Positions 60,369 to 64,000 of a stretch of DNA of 64,000 nt are shown piece by piece. This DNA comes from Promethearchaeota archaeon (GTDB lineage: Archaea > Asgardarchaeota > Lokiarchaeia > Sigyniarchaeales > SOKP01). The stretch covers positions 160,001 through 224,000 of the forward strand of contig JAEOUA010000001.1 of assembly GCA_016839555.1 (NCBI GenBank), given 5' to 3'. Within the stretch, counting starts at the first letter, position 1. The number at the start of each line of letters is the position of its first letter. Below the pieces are notes generated by a model. It made no database searches, had not been told where the DNA came from, and saw only the letters and a list, made by a program, of their open reading frames with translations. Both the position numbers and the translations under genes were made by a program.

Positions 60369-61373
60369 ATGAAAGTCGGCTGGATATATAAAATCATTTT
60401 AATTGGCTCAAATGGTTCCGGAAAATCCGCCTTTATTAATTATGATAAAAATAATCAGAAACTTTTCAATAATCTCAGAGAGAACATTGGTCTGGATTTT
60501 TTTTTTAAAAGAGTGAAAGTAGACGATGATCTCCATTGTCAATTACAAATATGGGATGTTAATGTTGCCGAAAATTTTTATTTTTTAATTCCCTCTTATT
60601 TTCGGGGAACTGCTCTTTTTCTTTTATTTTTTGATCTCACAGATCCTCACTCTTTTATTAATCTTCCGATTTGGATAGACATTATTCATGCGTTTTCTGA
60701 GGAGGTTCCTATTGTATTAATAGGCACAAAATCCGATTTAAACCCAACTGTTCTCCATGAAGATATAATGAGTTTTGCTCATACTTATGACCTTATTGGT
60801 CCTTATTTCATTTCAATCGAAAGTGGATTTAATATAGATGTTATTTTTAATCATGTTGCCGAGATTTTAACCGGAGTGAATATCTTATCTAAAAGAGAAA
60901 AAAATTATTTAAGACGAAATCTCGGCAAAATCGAAGAATATTCTCAAATTGAAACTTCAGATCAAAGATATTTCAATCCAAACGAAAATGTTTCTATTTC
61001 TACTTCAAATTTAGATGATTTAACCCACACAAATGAGCTTCGTGATAATTTGCTAAGATTGAGGGATATTATGCGAGGAGAAGTGGAATTTCAAGCTTCG
61101 AAAAAAATCAAATTATCCTTAGGAAAGCGAAAAAAATTAGCTGAATTTTTAAATTTCTTTAAATTTTGCCCCATTTGTAATTCAAGAAATCATTCTAGTT
61201 ATCTTAAGCGTTTTTATTTTAGTAAAGATAAGAAAAAAATTAAAATTAAACAACAATTATTAGAACTAATGAGAAAATCAGTAGATTTTAAGAAAAGATA
61301 TTATAATCACATAACTTTAGGAATCCCGTGCTGTAAATGTTTCCAAAAATATTGCAAAACCTCTAAAAATTGA
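60369..61373 (+). CDS. Rab-like small GTPase fused to C-terminal zinc-finger domain
   Basis: KIILIGSNGSGKS, IGLDF, LQIWD, YFRG, FDLT, VLIGTKSDL; C-terminal FCPIC...GIPCCKC. Confidence 0.88.
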   Translation: MKVGWIYKIILIGSNGSGKSAFINYDKNNQKLFNNLRENIGLDFFFKRVKVDDDLHCQLQIWDVNVAENFYFLIPSYFRGTALFLLFFDLTDPHSFINLPIWIDIIHAFSEEVPIVLIGTKSDLNPTVLHEDIMSFAHTYDLIGPYFISIESGFNIDVIFNHVAEILTGVNILSKREKNYLRRNLGKIEEYSQIETSDQRYFNPNENVSISTSNLDDLTHTNELRDNLLRLRDIMRGEVEFQASKKIKLSLGKRKKLAEFLNFFKFCPICNSRNHSSYLKRFYFSKDKKKIKIKQQLLELMRKSVDFKKRYYNHITLGIPCCKCFQKYCKTSKN

Positions 61374-61490
61374 ATATAATTCTCAAAAAAATATAAATTC
61401 GATTTACTTCTCTTATTTATTTTCAAATAAAAATCTAATTTTGTATAGCCGAGAAATTTCTATATCAATTTATACTAAGAATACAATAAT

Positions 61491-61657
61491 TGTGACACGT
61501 AATTAAAAAATGTCACGAAAGTGGAATGAATTTGACAAAAACTTAATTACATTTCCGCAAACACGTAATTAAATTGATACTTAAAACTAATTGTTTTTTT
61601 CGCGTTTTTTCTTTGTCATTTTTAATTACAGATGTAATATGCATCCCAATTTTGTCA
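61491..61657. promoter_or_regulatory. Array of GTAATTAA and TGTCA/TGACA motifs upstream of HTH gene
   Basis: GTGACA..TGTCAC palindrome 61492-61516; ACACGTAATTAAA at 61495 and 61561; inverted TTAATTAC at 61543 and 61622. Confidence 0.55.
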
Positions 61658-61751
61658 TGGCAAGAATAGATAGAAATCCCTTTCTTAAGTAGAAATTTAT
61701 AGTATTATTCTCAGTTTAGTAATTTGATTTAAATTCTCTGTAGTAATTGAT

Positions 61752-61973
61752 GTGGTGAAACATCATTATATTATGAAGAAGAATCCATCCATGAATAAGA
61801 AAAGAAGAAAGAAAATCGAATTTTGTAAAAAAGTGAAAAAATTGAATTATAATAAAGGGCTTTCTATTGAAATTCTAGCAGAACAATATGGAAAATCAAA
61901 AAGAACAATATATCGTTGGCTTAAATCAGCATCAGAACCATTAGATTTTGTGACATTTTGTGATAAAAATTGA
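61752..61973 (+). CDS. Small helix-turn-helix protein (resolvase/IS-type HTH)
   Basis: GLSIEILAEQYGKSKRTIYRWLK. Confidence 0.75.
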   Translation: MVKHHYIMKKNPSMNKKRRKKIEFCKKVKKLNYNKGLSIEILAEQYGKSKRTIYRWLKSASEPLDFVTFCDKN

Positions 61974-62147
61974 TTCCATAAAATCCTGATAAAAATATAT
62001 TATATATAACATAAAAAGAAGAAAAAGATTTATTTAATGAGTCAGTTCTTTAACAAGTTAGTTAAATGAATTCAAAAGAGAAGGAGAAAAACAAGAATTT
62101 CAATCAAATTATTTGTTGAAATTTATAATTTTAAGATTTAAGTTTAG

Positions 62148-63230
62148 TTATTTATTAATAAATGGAAAGTATTGAGAGATTAATTGGGCAATTCCTTCAA
62201 AATCATCCAAAATCCCATCCCAATTTTTGATTTTTTGTTTGTACTTTTTGATTAATGCCCGGGAAAAGGAATATAAAGTATTTTGTAAAAGAAAAGATGA
62301 TTGCCTTACTATTAAGCCCACAGATATCTCTTCCATAGTTTGAAAGAGTATTACGTGATCTTTCATTTTTATTTGATTAAAACCATGGGATGATTTAAAA
62401 ATTTTCATAAAAACTACTGAAAGTGCATTTAATGCCCCCCCAACTAAAATATCATCTATATCAGTAAATTTATCTTGAAATTCTTGAGAATATAAAGTTC
62501 TACCATCCTTATTTGTAATGATAAGATATAGTAAATGACTAGGATTCAAAAATACAATGTTGGGATATTGATAAAAACTAAGTCCTAATAGAAATAAGCC
62601 AATAGAATTAAAAATAAGAATCCATTCTCTATGATTGATAATTGTTGGAATTATCAATCCTATTACAATAATACATAAACCAATAAATAATAGATGAATT
62701 GCTCGCTTTTGAATTTTATGTTCAGATAATTTTCTAATCTGCCATAATGTTATTATATAATAAATAAAAACCGAGATTAGAAATGAAAAGATGAGTATTT
62801 GAATTATATAATTATATTCAAAATTATATATCCCTAAAGTTTCATCATAATAGAAATAATAGTTAGAGGGAATAAAAGCCATGAATAAATACCCTGTAAA
62901 AAAAGTACTAAAATAAAGGAAGCGGAAGAGCGGTGGTCGATCATGATTCAATAATTCTAAGAAAAGGTAAGTAATAAAAAAGGTAGCTATTCCAGTGATC
63001 CCGAATAACTGATATGCAATATATGGAAGATAAGATAATTCATTGGTAGGGAAATCGAAAATACTTATTATAATAATAGAGATGCCATTCAAAAAAACAA
63101 TGATGAAACTGCTTCCAAGTATTAATAATATTTTATTTGTTGATTTTTGATATGATATAAATGAAATTCCTAAATTAAAACAGCAAAAACCAATTTGAAT
63201 TAACCCAAGTATAAATAAAGTAAATTCCAT
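62148..63230 (-). CDS. 7TM membrane protein fused to C-terminal longin/roadblock-like domain
   Basis: About seven TM helices then LLYLIITNKDGRTLYSQEF, DDILVGGALNALS, IKMKDHVILF, LYSFSRALIKKY. Confidence 0.75.
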   Translation of the reverse strand: MEFTLFILGLIQIGFCCFNLGISFISYQKSTNKILLILGSSFIIVFLNGISIIIISIFDFPTNELSYLPYIAYQLFGITGIATFFITYLFLELLNHDRPPLFRFLYFSTFFTGYLFMAFIPSNYYFYYDETLGIYNFEYNYIIQILIFSFLISVFIYYIITLWQIRKLSEHKIQKRAIHLLFIGLCIIVIGLIIPTIINHREWILIFNSIGLFLLGLSFYQYPNIVFLNPSHLLYLIITNKDGRTLYSQEFQDKFTDIDDILVGGALNALSVVFMKIFKSSHGFNQIKMKDHVILFQTMEEISVGLIVRQSSFLLQNTLYSFSRALIKKYKQKIKNWDGILDDFEGIAQLISQYFPFINK

Positions 63231-63454
63231 TTTTTCAATCTCTTATTATTTATTATATTATTTTATAAAATGTAATTTAAGGTTGATTTTATTTATTTTA
63301 TTTTTATAATGGTTTTGTATATTAAGGAACTTCATAAAATTAAATCATTAGGTTTTAAATAATTGGTATTCATCAAATGATTTTAAAAATTATTTAATTT
63401 TATATTCTTGCTTAAGGATAATTTTTCAACTTATGTGAAATATTTAGTTCCATC

Positions 63455-63742
63455 TTATACTATATTAGAATTTTGAGTATATAAAGGAAAAATTAATTTA
63501 ATGTAACAAAAAAATCTTTGATTACCTTGTTTTGATAAGGTTTCGTGAGATGCACTATAATGTCTATCAGGTTGATAGGGTTCTTGAGTAGAATGAGAAG
63601 AAACCATCTGCATTAAATCGCCAAGATTATAGTCTTGTTTCTGTTGAGAATTCCCACTGGGGATATCTAATTTAGTTCCACAAAACGGGCACACCTTTTG
63701 ATTAGGGGGTTCTATTTTTTCGCCACAGTATGGACAATTCAA
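63455..63742 (-). CDS. Zinc-ribbon domain protein, possibly truncated
   Basis: CPYCG...CPFCG at N-terminus then low-complexity linker. Confidence 0.65.
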   Translation of the reverse strand: MNCPYCGEKIEPPNQKVCPFCGTKLDIPSGNSQQKQDYNLGDLMQMVSSHSTQEPYQPDRHYSASHETLSKQGNQRFFCYIKLIFPLYTQNSNIV

Positions 63743-63909
63743 GTAGATTGCCTATTTCTTATAATTTTTGTATTCTATTAATATGTATATATTTGAGGTT
63801 TATAAAGATATAGCTTACTTTCATAAAGATTATTTGATATATAAAATTTTGAGAAGGAAAATAAAGAAGCATAAGATTAGCAATTAAGAAGCAGAGTAAA
63901 TTTTAATCA

Positions 63910-63999
63910 TTACAAAGATAATTCAAACTCACCTGAAGCGGTTAAGACACCAAGTTTCCCAACTTTTAACCAGAATGGAAAAGCACGACCTAATCCAGC
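63910..63999 (-). CDS. 3' end of an unidentified CDS running in from beyond the window
   Basis: AGLGRAFPFWLKVGKLGVLTASGEFELSL* with coding-like GC content. Confidence 0.4.
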   Translation of the reverse strand, partial: AGLGRAFPFWLKVGKLGVLTASGEFELSL

Positions 64000-64000
64000 G

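Noticed and set aside
1-64000. tRNA, rRNA, transposase or integrase genes
   Set aside because: No GC-rich cloverleaf or rRNA-like segment and no DDE, tyrosine or serine recombinase catalytic domain recognised; tRNAscan/ISfinder not run

Overview
AT-rich archaeal chromosomal window whose gene content points strongly to an Asgard archaeon, most likely Lokiarchaeia/Promethearchaeota (inferred from protein families, not from a search). Eukaryotic-signature-type genes: two actin-related proteins (one cut by the window start, one with a tandem zinc-ribbon insertion), an MglA-type and a Rab-like small GTPase, a degenerate DRG/TGS GTPase, longin/roadblock-like and V4R domains, 7TM proteins (one fused to a longin-like domain), an LRR remnant, a HEAT plus winged-helix/PCI-like protein, and a cytoplasmic beta-sandwich protein resembling an adaptin mu-homology domain. 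Housekeeping: gyrB-gyrA (GyrA carries a 476-aa LAGLIDADG intein right after the catalytic Tyr), guaB, purH, folD, polyprenyl synthase, Ski2-like helicase. Accessory: a type IIG-like R-M enzyme, an MNT-HEPN pair, a six-gene amino-sugar/aminocyclitol cluster, and decayed gene remnants at about 50-53.6 kb and 57.2-59.3 kb. Best candidate for an undescribed system: the co-directional run at 1-3511 of actin-related protein, alpha-solenoid plus catalytically dead CHAT (caspase/separase-like) domain, and coiled-coil plus dead PLD domain. No rRNA, tRNA or CRISPR array was recognised by eye.
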